From positions 1-43,013 of the forward strand of contig JACQHH010000011.1 of the NCBI GenBank assembly GCA_016199125.1: DNA of 43,013 nucleotides, written 5' to 3'. Position numbers and translations under genes: made by a program. The stretch's first letter is position 1, and every line of letters begins with the position of its first letter. The notes under the pieces were generated by a model that worked only from the letters and a program-made list of their open reading frames with translations, was not told where the DNA came from and did no database searches. Below, piece after piece: positions 1 through 8,084 of this stretch. The DNA comes from Candidatus Lambdaproteobacteria bacterium (lineage in GTDB: Bacteria; SAR324; JACQKK01).

Positions 1-537
1 TCGCTGGAGGTGGTGGTCTATGCCCGGGAGTACGCGCTGGCCGGCGACCTGCTTAAGCAGGACGAGCCGCTGCTGGTGCAGGGCCGCGTGAACGTGCGCG
101 ACGAGGAGATCAGCGTGCGCGCCGAGAAGGTGCGCTCGCTCAGCGAGTACCGGGCCGGCCAGGCCCGCCGGCTGCGCATCGCCCTGGACACGCCCCTGCC
201 CGATGAGCCCATGCGGCGGCTGGTAGGGGCCCTGGCCAAGTCTCCGGGCCCCTGCCAGGTGGAGTTGGCCGTGCTCACCGCCTGTGGGCACCGCGTGATC
301 CTGGACTGCGGGCTGGGCGTGGTGCCCACGGACGAGCTGCTGGAAGAGCTGGAGATGCTGCTGCCGACGCAGGCCCTGAGCTTTGCGTATGCCCAGGAGG
401 GCGTCACGCGCGACGATGGCTCCGCGGGGCGCGGGGGTCGGCCCCGCCCTGCGCCTGCGCCAACGCAGGACGCGCCGCCCGCCCTCGGGCAAGGCTATCG
501 CTACGTCGGCGAGGAGGACGCGGTCGGCATGGGTTGA
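1..537 (+). CDS. dnaE: DNA polymerase III alpha subunit, C-terminal fragment (5' end lies outside the window)
   Basis: Frame 1 is open from base 1 (LEVVVYAREYALAGDLL...). The pattern LLVQGRVNVRDEEISVRAEKVRSL...VELAVL...VILDCG...VPTDELLEELEMLL is typical of the DnaE OB-fold/C-terminal region. Pro/Ala-rich tail, stop at 535-537. Confidence 0.7.
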   Translation, partial: SLEVVVYAREYALAGDLLKQDEPLLVQGRVNVRDEEISVRAEKVRSLSEYRAGQARRLRIALDTPLPDEPMRRLVGALAKSPGPCQVELAVLTACGHRVILDCGLGVVPTDELLEELEMLLPTQALSFAYAQEGVTRDDGSAGRGGRPRPAPAPTQDAPPALGQGYRYVGEEDAVGMG

Positions 538-791
538 GCCGTCTCCGGCCAGCGCCCGGCGTCGCTCCCGCACCCTGGAGCGCCCTGCATCGTTGAGCAG
601 CACCCGCACGCCGGCCCCCGCTTACTGCGCAGGGGTCCCGCGGTGCCCCGCGCCATTCCCCATGCAATCGTCGCGACACTTGCGGACCCGGCGGCGGACC
701 GCGCGCTCGTCGTCCTCCCGTTGCCGCTCAAGTTTCCGCACCGTGCGCCGATAGTCCGGGCAGGGGATCCGATCAACCACAAGAGGACAAC

Positions 792-1334
792 ATGCGACAT
801 CTACTGGGCGTGATCGCGGCCTGCGCGATCGTTTTATGGGCCGCAACGCCAGCCCACGCGTGGTCCATCTCCGCAGACGTGCCCTACGCCAGTTCCGTCA
901 CGTTCAAAGGAACCAACAGCGGAGACCTGAACTTTGCAGCCAGCTCGCTGGGCGGCAACATCGTCAGCATCGGCACGCCCTGGTGGGTGGGGGTGACCCT
1001 TGAGAACTACGCGACCCATCTCCGCGACGTACCGGCGGACATGGGCCAGAAGATCGACCTCGAATTGACCACGACCATGAACAGCGTCTTCCTCGATCTG
1101 CCGACGCCCCTGATCAGCGTGGTGCTGGGCTACGGCCAAGGTACGATTGAAGAAAAGCGGCTGGATGCGAAGTGGAACGCCAAGCAGTACTTCGCACGCC
1201 TGGGACTCAACATCAGCGCCTCGTTCGAGGTGCATGCGGGCCTGAACCGCGGCTTGGCCACCTATGACCAGGAAGGCGGCACGCCCGATTTTGAATTCGA
1301 AACCATGACTGCCGGCCTCAAATTCAACTTCTGA
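792..1334 (+). CDS. small secreted beta-barrel outer-membrane protein, paralog A
   Basis: Signal peptide MRHLLGVIAACAIVLWAATPAHA. Alternating beta-strand pattern and C-terminal ...GLKFNF ending in Phe (outer-membrane beta-signal). AGAGGA RBS upstream of ATG 792. Paralog of 1569..2102. Confidence 0.7.
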   Translation: MRHLLGVIAACAIVLWAATPAHAWSISADVPYASSVTFKGTNSGDLNFAASSLGGNIVSIGTPWWVGVTLENYATHLRDVPADMGQKIDLELTTTMNSVFLDLPTPLISVVLGYGQGTIEEKRLDAKWNAKQYFARLGLNISASFEVHAGLNRGLATYDQEGGTPDFEFETMTAGLKFNF

Positions 1335-1568
1335 GCGTCGCCGCCTCCGCCATTCCCCGAGGCTGCGACATATCCCCAGACGGGCGGAATTCCCTTTCAT
1401 ACCAATTCAGTACGTCATGCGAGCGAGAATTTTCGCGGCCCTGCGGGAGGGTCGGGGCGCGAATTTCGCATCTCGCACAGGATAGGCCCCAGCGCGCGGT
1501 CAGCGTGCAGACGCAGGCCCTGTGCGCCGCCGAGGCGGCAAGGAATTTCACAAGAAAATAGAGGACCC

Positions 1569-2102
1569 ATGCGGCATCTTCTGGGCGTCATCGCGGCATT
1601 CGCGATCGTATTGTGGGCCGTCACGCCAGCCCATGCCATTTCGCTCTCCCTCGATATTCCCTATTCCAATACGATCACCAGCACCGGCCCCGGCGGCGAG
1701 ACCTACAACGGCGAATCGGTCGGCGGGTACATCGTCGGCATCAGCACGCCCTGGTGGGTGGGCGTATCGCATGAGGACTACCAGAGCACAATCTCGATTG
1801 ACGTTGGAGCGCCCACGAAATTCGAACTCGATGTCAGCACGGTCATGAACAACGTGTACCTGGAATTGCCGGTACCGGTGATCAGCGCGGCCATCGGCTA
1901 TGGCGTCGGGACGTTGACCATCTCGGCAAGCGGCGATTCGGACGATTACGCCGCCACGCAGTATTTTGCGCGCCTGGGGCTGAGGCTGGCCATGATGTGG
2001 GATGTGCACGTGGGTTACCACACCGGTACCGCCACGGGTTCCGGCACCAACGACGATCTCGAATTCACGACCATGACGCTGGGTGTCGGCGCGAGCTTCT
2101 GA
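1569..2102 (+). CDS. small secreted beta-barrel outer-membrane protein, paralog B
   Basis: Signal peptide MRHLLGVIAAFAIVLWAVTPAHA (21/23 identical to paralog A). Shares the GTPWWVGV/ISTPWWVGV, QYFARLGL and EFxTMT motifs. C-terminal ...GVGASF. AGAGGA RBS. Confidence 0.7.
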   Translation: MRHLLGVIAAFAIVLWAVTPAHAISLSLDIPYSNTITSTGPGGETYNGESVGGYIVGISTPWWVGVSHEDYQSTISIDVGAPTKFELDVSTVMNNVYLELPVPVISAAIGYGVGTLTISASGDSDDYAATQYFARLGLRLAMMWDVHVGYHTGTATGSGTNDDLEFTTMTLGVGASF

Positions 2103-2385
2103 CCCTGTTCCGATCCAGCGGCCGGGCCACCGGATCGCCGCAAGGCGGCCGGGGCCCTCCCCCGCATGTGCGGCAAGCGCCGCACACACGGCGTGTTGCA
2201 CCACCCGCAAATGCCCCGCAATCGATTCGTTTGACCGCTCCTCCTGGGACGGATAGATTTTTCGTGTGCAGGTGCAGGTCGGCCATCGAGGCTGCCCGCG
2301 CCAACACGACGCCGGCGCACACCCGCGCCGACCGACCGCGGCACACTTGATCCCGCCCGACACGCCCCAGACGTGCAAGGAGCCC

Positions 2386-3231
2386 ATGCCCAAGCGCACA
2401 CCCACGCCCACCCGGCAGACCGTCACGCTGGACGGCGTGGAGCTGCAATTGGCCCACCCGGACGAGTTCACGCCGCACTGGGTCGGTCAGGAGGAGCTGG
2501 TCAAGCAGCTCGCCGCCGCGTGGCTGGTCGTGGACGAGGCGGATCTGCCGCTGAATCCGCGCCTGATCGGCAAGCCGGGCGTGGGCAAGACCTCCCTGGC
2601 CTATGCCACGGCGCGCGCGCTGGGGCGCGAGGTGTACCTGTTCCAGGCCACCATGGACACGCGCCCGGAGGACCTGATCGTCACCCCCGTGATCTCCGAC
2701 AATCAGCGCATCAAGTACGTGGCCAGTCCCGTGGTCACGGCCATGCTGCGCGGGGGGGTGTGCATCGTGGACGAGGGCAACCGCATGGGCGAGAAGTGCT
2801 GGGCGTCCCTGGCGCCGTTGCTGGACGCACGGCGCTACGTGGAATCCATCGTGGCGGGGATCAAGATCAAGGCCCATGCGGACTTCCGCTTCTGCGCCAC
2901 CATGAACGAGGACGCCTCGACCTTCGACCTGCCGGAATACATCCACTCGCGCCTGCAACCGCAGATCGTGGTGGATTTTCCCGAGGCCGACGAGGAGCTG
3001 CGCATCCTGCGCGACAACCTGCCCTTCGCCGACGAGGACGTGCTGCGCTACGTGGTGGAGTTTCTGCAGCGGGCGCACCACAGCGACGAGCCGTTCACCG
3101 TGCGGGACGGGATCAACGTGGCCCGTTACGCCCTCAAGCTGATGCGCGGCAACGGGGCCCATGCGCTGGCGGCCTACCGCCAGTCGCTGGCCATGGTGCT
3201 GGGCCAGGACGTCATGGGCTTTTCCGAGTAG
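2386..3231 (+). CDS. AAA+ ATPase, CbbQ/NorQ/MoxR-like (AAA_5 type)
   Basis: Walker A GKPGVGKT, Walker B CIVDEGNR, sensor region FCATMN. ATG 2386 is preceded by CAAGGAG. The track ORF start at 2266 is an upstream extension without an RBS. Confidence 0.85.
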   Translation: MPKRTPTPTRQTVTLDGVELQLAHPDEFTPHWVGQEELVKQLAAAWLVVDEADLPLNPRLIGKPGVGKTSLAYATARALGREVYLFQATMDTRPEDLIVTPVISDNQRIKYVASPVVTAMLRGGVCIVDEGNRMGEKCWASLAPLLDARRYVESIVAGIKIKAHADFRFCATMNEDASTFDLPEYIHSRLQPQIVVDFPEADEELRILRDNLPFADEDVLRYVVEFLQRAHHSDEPFTVRDGINVARYALKLMRGNGAHALAAYRQSLAMVLGQDVMGFSE

Positions 3232-3292
3232 CCTCCCGGCGATTGACGGGGCGCACACGCCGGCCCATCGCCATCGCTCCCGCTCCCACCAT

Positions 3293-4747
3293 TCAGTGCC
3301 CGCGACGCCGCAGCAGCAGCACGCGCGAGATGCCCAGCGAGCGCCAAGCGGCCTGCGGCCCGGCTGCGGGCGATGCCATGGCCGGCGTGGCGGGCCGGGC
3401 CGGCGCTACGGGCTTGGCGGGCGTGGACGCCTGGGGCGCGGAGGCCAGGGTCGGGAGCCGGTAGCGCATGGCCGCCGGCAGCGCCGCCGCGCCGGCTGGG
3501 GCGCCCGGCGCCACCGTGGGGGGCATTGCCCGCAGGCGGGCGATCTGCGCCGGGCCGGCGCGATTGACCCACACGTTGAGCAGCACGGACAGCAGGCACA
3601 CGCCGCCCATCAGCAGATACAGCAGGTGGAAGTCGATCACCTCCAGCAGCACCCCGCCGATGTAGGGAAACAGCCCCGCCCCGCCACCGAAGAAGCCGTG
3701 ATAGAGGATGGCCGAGCGGCCCATCTCCTCGGGCCGCTGCAGCTCGAACAGGCGTGCCGTGCTGGTGGGGCCCAGCAGTCCATGGCTGACGCCCGCCACG
3801 ATCCCGCACGCGCCCAGCAGGATATAGCCCTGGGAGAATCCCAGCAGCAGGAAGCTCAGGGCATAGCCCGCGAGCGCCGTGGAGATCATGGTGGGCGTGC
3901 CCAGCCACAGCACCAGGGGGCGGATGGTGGCGCGGGTGAGCACCGAGCCGATGCCGTAGCCCGCAAACAGCACGCTGGCATAGGCCAGGCCTAGCGAGGC
4001 CGTGTAGTTCTTGCCGAAGGCGAAGAAGATGCCGAAGGCCCCGCCGAACACCGTGGTGATGGCGAGCATGAGCCACGTGGCGCGGCGCGAGAGCAGCCGC
4101 AACTGCCCCACGAACGAAGGCGCCCCCGCCGGGGCCATCTGGCTGTGGGGCACCAGCAGAAACAGCACCAGCGCCACCATGGCGATGACCTGCATGCTGA
4201 TGAACACCGGCAGGTAGGCGTCGGGGTCGGCCGGGTTGGCCTGGAGGTTGAGAATCATCTCCGAAACGAACGGCCCGGCATAGGCGGCAAACACGAAGCC
4301 GATGCCCATGTAGGCCAGCACTTCGGTCCTGCGCTGCGGCGGTCCCAGCTCCACGGCCCAGGCATAGACCAGTGGAAAGCCCAGGCCCGAGGTGACGCCG
4401 TGCAGGATGCGCACGGCAAAATACCATTCCGGGGCCGCACGGTAGGCCGCGATGGCGATGGCGTTGCCCACCAGGAAGGGCACCATGTAGGCCGTGACCA
4501 ACCACTTGCGCTTGCCGGCGTCCCCCAGGTGCCCCAGCAGCACCACGCTCAGGAACGTCGCCAGCCCGAACGAGCCGGCCACGGCCCCGTAGAACGACTC
4601 GCTCGTGCCCCGCAGCTCCAGGTAGTAGGGCAGCAGGAAATAGCCGTTGTAGTTCATGTTGAACAGCATCGCGCCGAAGAACAGCAGCACGAAGTTGCGG
4701 TCGAGCAGGCGCTGCGCGGGAGCGCTGGCTGCGGGGGCGGTGTTCAT
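3293..4747 (-). CDS. MFS transporter with Pro/Ala-rich C-terminal tail
   Basis: Starts MNTAPAAS... (ATG complement at 4745-4747, AAGGG RBS). About 12 hydrophobic spans with an MFS-like GHLGDAGKRK loop between TM2 and TM3. The remainder of the 910-aa track ORF is antisense to the LLM gene. Confidence 0.85.
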   Translation of the reverse strand: MNTAPAASAPAQRLLDRNFVLLFFGAMLFNMNYNGYFLLPYYLELRGTSESFYGAVAGSFGLATFLSVVLLGHLGDAGKRKWLVTAYMVPFLVGNAIAIAAYRAAPEWYFAVRILHGVTSGLGFPLVYAWAVELGPPQRRTEVLAYMGIGFVFAAYAGPFVSEMILNLQANPADPDAYLPVFISMQVIAMVALVLFLLVPHSQMAPAGAPSFVGQLRLLSRRATWLMLAITTVFGGAFGIFFAFGKNYTASLGLAYASVLFAGYGIGSVLTRATIRPLVLWLGTPTMISTALAGYALSFLLLGFSQGYILLGACGIVAGVSHGLLGPTSTARLFELQRPEEMGRSAILYHGFFGGGAGLFPYIGGVLLEVIDFHLLYLLMGGVCLLSVLLNVWVNRAGPAQIARLRAMPPTVAPGAPAGAAALPAAMRYRLPTLASAPQASTPAKPVAPARPATPAMASPAAGPQAAWRSLGISRVLLLRRRGH

Positions 4748-4781
4748 GAACCCTTGCTGCAAGGACGCTTGGGATGCGGCG

Positions 4782-4807
4782 CCGTGCGCCGAGGTCGTGG
4801 CGCACGG
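4782..4807. promoter_or_regulatory. perfect 9-bp inverted repeat (CCGTGCGCC-N8-GGCGCACGG) in the divergent MFS/LLM intergenic region; candidate operator
   Basis: Base pairing checked position by position. Lies 35 nt upstream of the MFS start and ~290 nt upstream of the LLM start. Confidence 0.3.
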
Positions 4808-5098
4808 ACGCCGGCCGGTGGCGCTCCCGTCTACCACGGGGCTCCCCATCCGGCAAATCCTGCGCGGCGCCATGACGGCAGGGGCGGATGCGCCACGCGC
4901 CTTGTGCCGGCCGCGCGGGCGCGTGCGGCGGAAGGGCGGGGGCGGACGTGGGGACCATGGACGAATGCCGCGCGTTCTGTTAGGGCTGACGGCGCAGGGG
5001 CGGCCCGAGCGCCTCGTGCGACCCCTTTCGCCGGCAGCGGGCGCCGCTCCCGGCCGTCCCGCCGGCGCGCGCCCGGCCTTTTTCCACGGGGAGCCCCC

Positions 5099-6034
5099 AT
5101 GCAGATCGGATTCAACCTGGACAACCGTGGGCCTGACGCCACGCCGGAAAACATGCTCGCCTTCACGCTGGCCGCCGACCGGCTGGGCTTCTCCTCGCTG
5201 GCCGTCAGCGACCACATCGTGCTGGTGCGCGGGCACACCGACAAGTATCCCTACAGCGCCACCGGCGAGATCGACCTGAACGCCTGGACGCCCTGGAACG
5301 ACACGCTGGGGCTGATCGGCTTCATGGCCGGCAAGACCGAGCGCGTGCGGTTCGGCTCCAGTGTGCTGATCCTGCCCTACCGCAATCCCCTGGTCACCGC
5401 CAAGTGGTTCGCCACCGTGGACCGGCTCAGCGGCGGGCGGCTGTTCATGGGGGCCGGCACGGGCTGGTGGCGTGAGGAATTCGAGGCGCTGGGCATCGGC
5501 GAGCAGTTTGCCGAGCGTGGCGCGCGCACCGACGAATACCTGCGCATTTGCAAAAACCTGTGGACGCAGCACACCCCCGCCTTCGAGGGACAATTCTTCA
5601 AGTATGCGAATCTCGTGGCCGAGCCCAAGCCGGCCCAGGCGGGCGGCCCGCCCATCTGGATCGGGGGCCACACGCCCCGCGCACTGCGGCGCATGGCCGA
5701 GTTCGGCGACGTGTGGCATCCGGTGGTGCTCACGCCGCCGGCCGACCTGAATCCACGGGAGCTGGGCGAAAAACGGCGGCGGCTGGAGCGGCTCTACGCG
5801 GAGCGCGGGCGCGATCCGGGCAGTATCCGCATCGCCCCCAAGACCCATCTGCATTTCACCGACAGGCGCAACCGCCCCATGTCGGGCACGCCCGGACAGA
5901 TCGTGGAGGATCTGCTGGCCTACCAGGCCCAGGGCGTGGGCGAGTTCATCTTTTACGTGCCCGGCGCCAGCGAGCCGGAAAAGCTGGACAACGTGCACCG
6001 CATCGCCGAGGAAATCCTGCCCCACGTGCGGTAG
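5099..6034 (+). CDS. LLM-class (luciferase-like) oxidoreductase, F420-dependent-type subfamily
   Basis: MQIGFNLDN...LGFSSLAVSDHIV...RFGSSVLILPYRNPLVTAKWFATVDRLSGGRLFMGAGTGWWREEFEALG...PPIWIGGHTPRALRRMAEFGDVWHP matches the luciferase-like TIM-barrel pattern. GGGGAG RBS before ATG 5099. Confidence 0.85.
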   Translation: MQIGFNLDNRGPDATPENMLAFTLAADRLGFSSLAVSDHIVLVRGHTDKYPYSATGEIDLNAWTPWNDTLGLIGFMAGKTERVRFGSSVLILPYRNPLVTAKWFATVDRLSGGRLFMGAGTGWWREEFEALGIGEQFAERGARTDEYLRICKNLWTQHTPAFEGQFFKYANLVAEPKPAQAGGPPIWIGGHTPRALRRMAEFGDVWHPVVLTPPADLNPRELGEKRRRLERLYAERGRDPGSIRIAPKTHLHFTDRRNRPMSGTPGQIVEDLLAYQAQGVGEFIFYVPGASEPEKLDNVHRIAEEILPHVR

Positions 6035-6206
6035 CCACGGCGGCGCGCCCCGTAGCTTGTCATACGCGCGGGGGCGTGTACGCTGAACTGGGATGCGGCG
6101 TGAGCCGTGGTGCGCCGCCCGCGCGGCGGCGCGGCCAGCGCCGACTCCATGTCCATCTCCCCAAGACGATCCCGCGAGCTGTCAAACTCTCCAGCGAGGA
6201 TGGCCC

Positions 6207-6848
6207 ATGAGCGAGCCGGTGAAGATCCAGGTGTTTTCCGATTACGTCTGACCGTGGTGCTACCTCAGTACCGGGCGTATTGAGAAATTGCAGCGGGAAT
6301 ACGACATCGAAATCGAATGGGTGCACTTTCCCCTGCACCCGGAAACCCCGCAGGAAGGCGTGACGCTGGAGGCGCTGTTTGCCGGGCGCGACTACGACAT
6401 CGCGGCGGCGCAGCAGCGCATGCAGGGCCTGATGCAGCAGGAGGGCCTGCCCTACAGCGCGCGCAACATGACCTACAACAGCCGCCTGGCGCAGGAACTG
6501 GGCAAGTGGGCCGACAGCATCGGCCGGGGCGAGGCGCTGCACGACGCGCTGTTCCGCGCGTTCTTCGTGGATCTGGTCAACCTGGCCGAGCCGGACAACC
6601 TGCTCAGGATCGCGGCGTCCGTGGGACTGCCCGTGGACCAGGCGCGCGAGGTGCTGGAACAACGCACCTTCAAGGAGCAGGTCAACCGCGATTGGGCGCT
6701 CTCCATGCAACTGGGGATCACCGGCGTGCCCACCTTCGTGGCCGGCGGCTACAAGGTGGTGGGCGCCCAGCCCTACGAGGTGCTGCAGCAACTCATGCAG
6801 GCCGCCGAGGCGCGCCGGCGCGACGCCCCGGCCGGCGACGGCGAGTGA
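6207..6848 (+). CDS. DsbA/FrnE-like thiol:disulfide oxidoreductase with in-frame TGA (6249-6251) at the first redox Cys; probable selenoprotein (U-P-W-C)
   Basis: ATG 6207 with GAGGA RBS 6 nt upstream. Translation is MSEPVKIQVFSDYV-TGA-PWCYLSTGRIEKLQREYDIEIEWVHFPLHPE..., in the same frame as track ORF 6288..6848. FSDxxCPWCY is the canonical DsbA/FrnE N-terminal active site. C-terminal GITGVPTFV is the cis-Pro loop. Confidence 0.7.
6264..6284 (+). promoter_or_regulatory. candidate bacterial SECIS hairpin for the TGA at 6249
   Basis: CUCAGUAC/GUAUUGAG forms an 8-bp stem (one G-U pair) with apical loop CGGGC. The stem starts 12 nt after the TGA and the loop starts 23 nt from the U of UGA. Confidence 0.5.
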
Positions 6849-6897
6849 GCGCGCGGCCAGGGACGCCGGGGCGTCACCCCCTCGGGCGGCCGAGGCG

Positions 6898-7839
6898 CTA
6901 GCGCGTCATGCCCGCGATGGCCAGGGGGGCGGCTTTGCGGCGCGCCGCATAGGTGCGCGCCTGCTCGGCGATGTCGAAGCCGGCCAGGCGGTTCCACCCT
7001 TGCATCAGCTCCCGCGTGACAGGCCCCGGGCGCTCTGCGCCGATGGGCTGCCCATTGAGCGATCCCACCGGCATCAGGCAATAGCTGGTGGTGGTGACGA
7101 AGGCCTCGTCGGCCGTGTGCAGGTCATAGGGCTGCAGGCGCCGCTCGCTCAGCGGCAGTCCCGTCTCGCGGATCAGCTCCAGCGTGGTGTTGCGCGTGAC
7201 CCCTTCCAGGATCGCCCGCGCCTCGGGCGTGGCGATGCGCCCGCCCTTGACCACGAAGATGTTGCCGTAGAGCACCTCGGCCAAGTCGCCGTGCTCGTCC
7301 AGCAGCAGCCCCAGGGCCTTGGAGTTGATGGTCTTGGCCTCGATGTCCGCCAGCACCAGGTGCATGCGGCTCACGCACTTCACCTTGGGGTCCAGCCCGC
7401 CGGAGGCGCTGGCGCGCACGCTGGGGATCACCAGCGGCACGCCCTGGGTGTAGTGCTCCGCCACGCGCTCGAAGAGCAGCGGCTCCATGATCACGCTGGC
7501 AAAGCCCGGCCCAGGGGCCGTGGGCGGGCCGCCGCCGCGGCTGATGGTCTGCGTGACCCAGAAATCGCCGTATTCCTCCACCAGGGGCTGGTTGCGGGCC
7601 ACAGTCTCCTCGGTGATGCGCCCCAGCTCTTGCATGCTCAGGCCGGGCGCGATTCGCGTGTAGGCCAGCGAGCGCGCCAGGCGCTCCAGGTGCTGCGTCA
7701 GGCGGAACACCCGGCCGCCGAAGGTGCGCTCCGTGTCGAACACGGCGTCGCCCAGGCGGTAGCCCCGCTGGTTGAGCGGCATCATGGCCTTGCTGGCCGG
7801 CACGAATTCCCCGTTGACCCAGTACGTGATCTCTTGCAT
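6898..7839 (-). CDS. PLP fold-type IV aminotransferase (branched-chain amino acid / D-amino acid aminotransferase family)
   Basis: 313 aa. Pattern MQEITYWVNGEFVPASKAMMPLNQRGYRLGDAVFDTERTF...VKCVSRMHLVLADIEA...GNIFVVKGGRIATP...ILEGVTRNTTLEL is typical of class IV aminotransferases. Confidence 0.85.
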   Translation of the reverse strand: MQEITYWVNGEFVPASKAMMPLNQRGYRLGDAVFDTERTFGGRVFRLTQHLERLARSLAYTRIAPGLSMQELGRITEETVARNQPLVEEYGDFWVTQTISRGGGPPTAPGPGFASVIMEPLLFERVAEHYTQGVPLVIPSVRASASGGLDPKVKCVSRMHLVLADIEAKTINSKALGLLLDEHGDLAEVLYGNIFVVKGGRIATPEARAILEGVTRNTTLELIRETGLPLSERRLQPYDLHTADEAFVTTTSYCLMPVGSLNGQPIGAERPGPVTRELMQGWNRLAGFDIAEQARTYAARRKAAPLAIAGMTR

Positions 7840-8084
7840 GGCGCGGCATCCTCAATGGTGGTCGCAAAGTTGGGCGTCGCCCATGCCATAGCATATTTGA
7901 CGCCGCGGCGCGCCGGGCGGCATGCGTGTCGCTGTGCGACGCCCGTCGATTCCACCCCGGCCCTGTGGTAGGGTGCCTGGGCGACGGCCTCCCCGCCGCA
8001 TATTGTTCATCGCACGGTGACGCGACACAGTGCCGGTGCACCGCGACGTGCCGCGTGCGATGTCACCCCCCAACGGATGTCCCC

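Noticed and set aside
622-846. 74-aa Arg-rich minus-strand ORF between dnaE and the first OMP gene.
   Set aside because: It overlaps the OMP start and signal-peptide codons, has no RBS and has a low-complexity basic composition. It is probably non-coding.
3293-6025. 910-aa minus-strand ORF apparently spanning the MFS and LLM loci.
   Set aside because: Only the last 484 codons (3293..4747) look like a membrane transporter. The upstream part is Arg/Pro/Gly-rich antisense of the LLM gene (5099..6034) and is a high-GC shadow extension.
6249-6251. The TGA in the DsbA-like gene as a simple nonsense mutation or pseudogene.
   Set aside because: Not excluded, but disfavoured. The RBS, start codon and all downstream motifs are intact, the stop lies exactly on the redox Cys, a SECIS-like hairpin follows, and a second gene in the window shows the same configuration.
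6252-6303. Two alternative hairpins after the DsbA TGA: GGUGC/GUACC (6256-6272) and CGUAUU/AAUACG (6276-6303).
   Set aside because: The first has its loop only ~12 nt from the UGA with no G in the loop. The second has a 16-nt loop and starts 27 nt downstream. The 6264-6284 hairpin fits SECIS geometry better. These alternatives are mutually exclusive and need computational folding.
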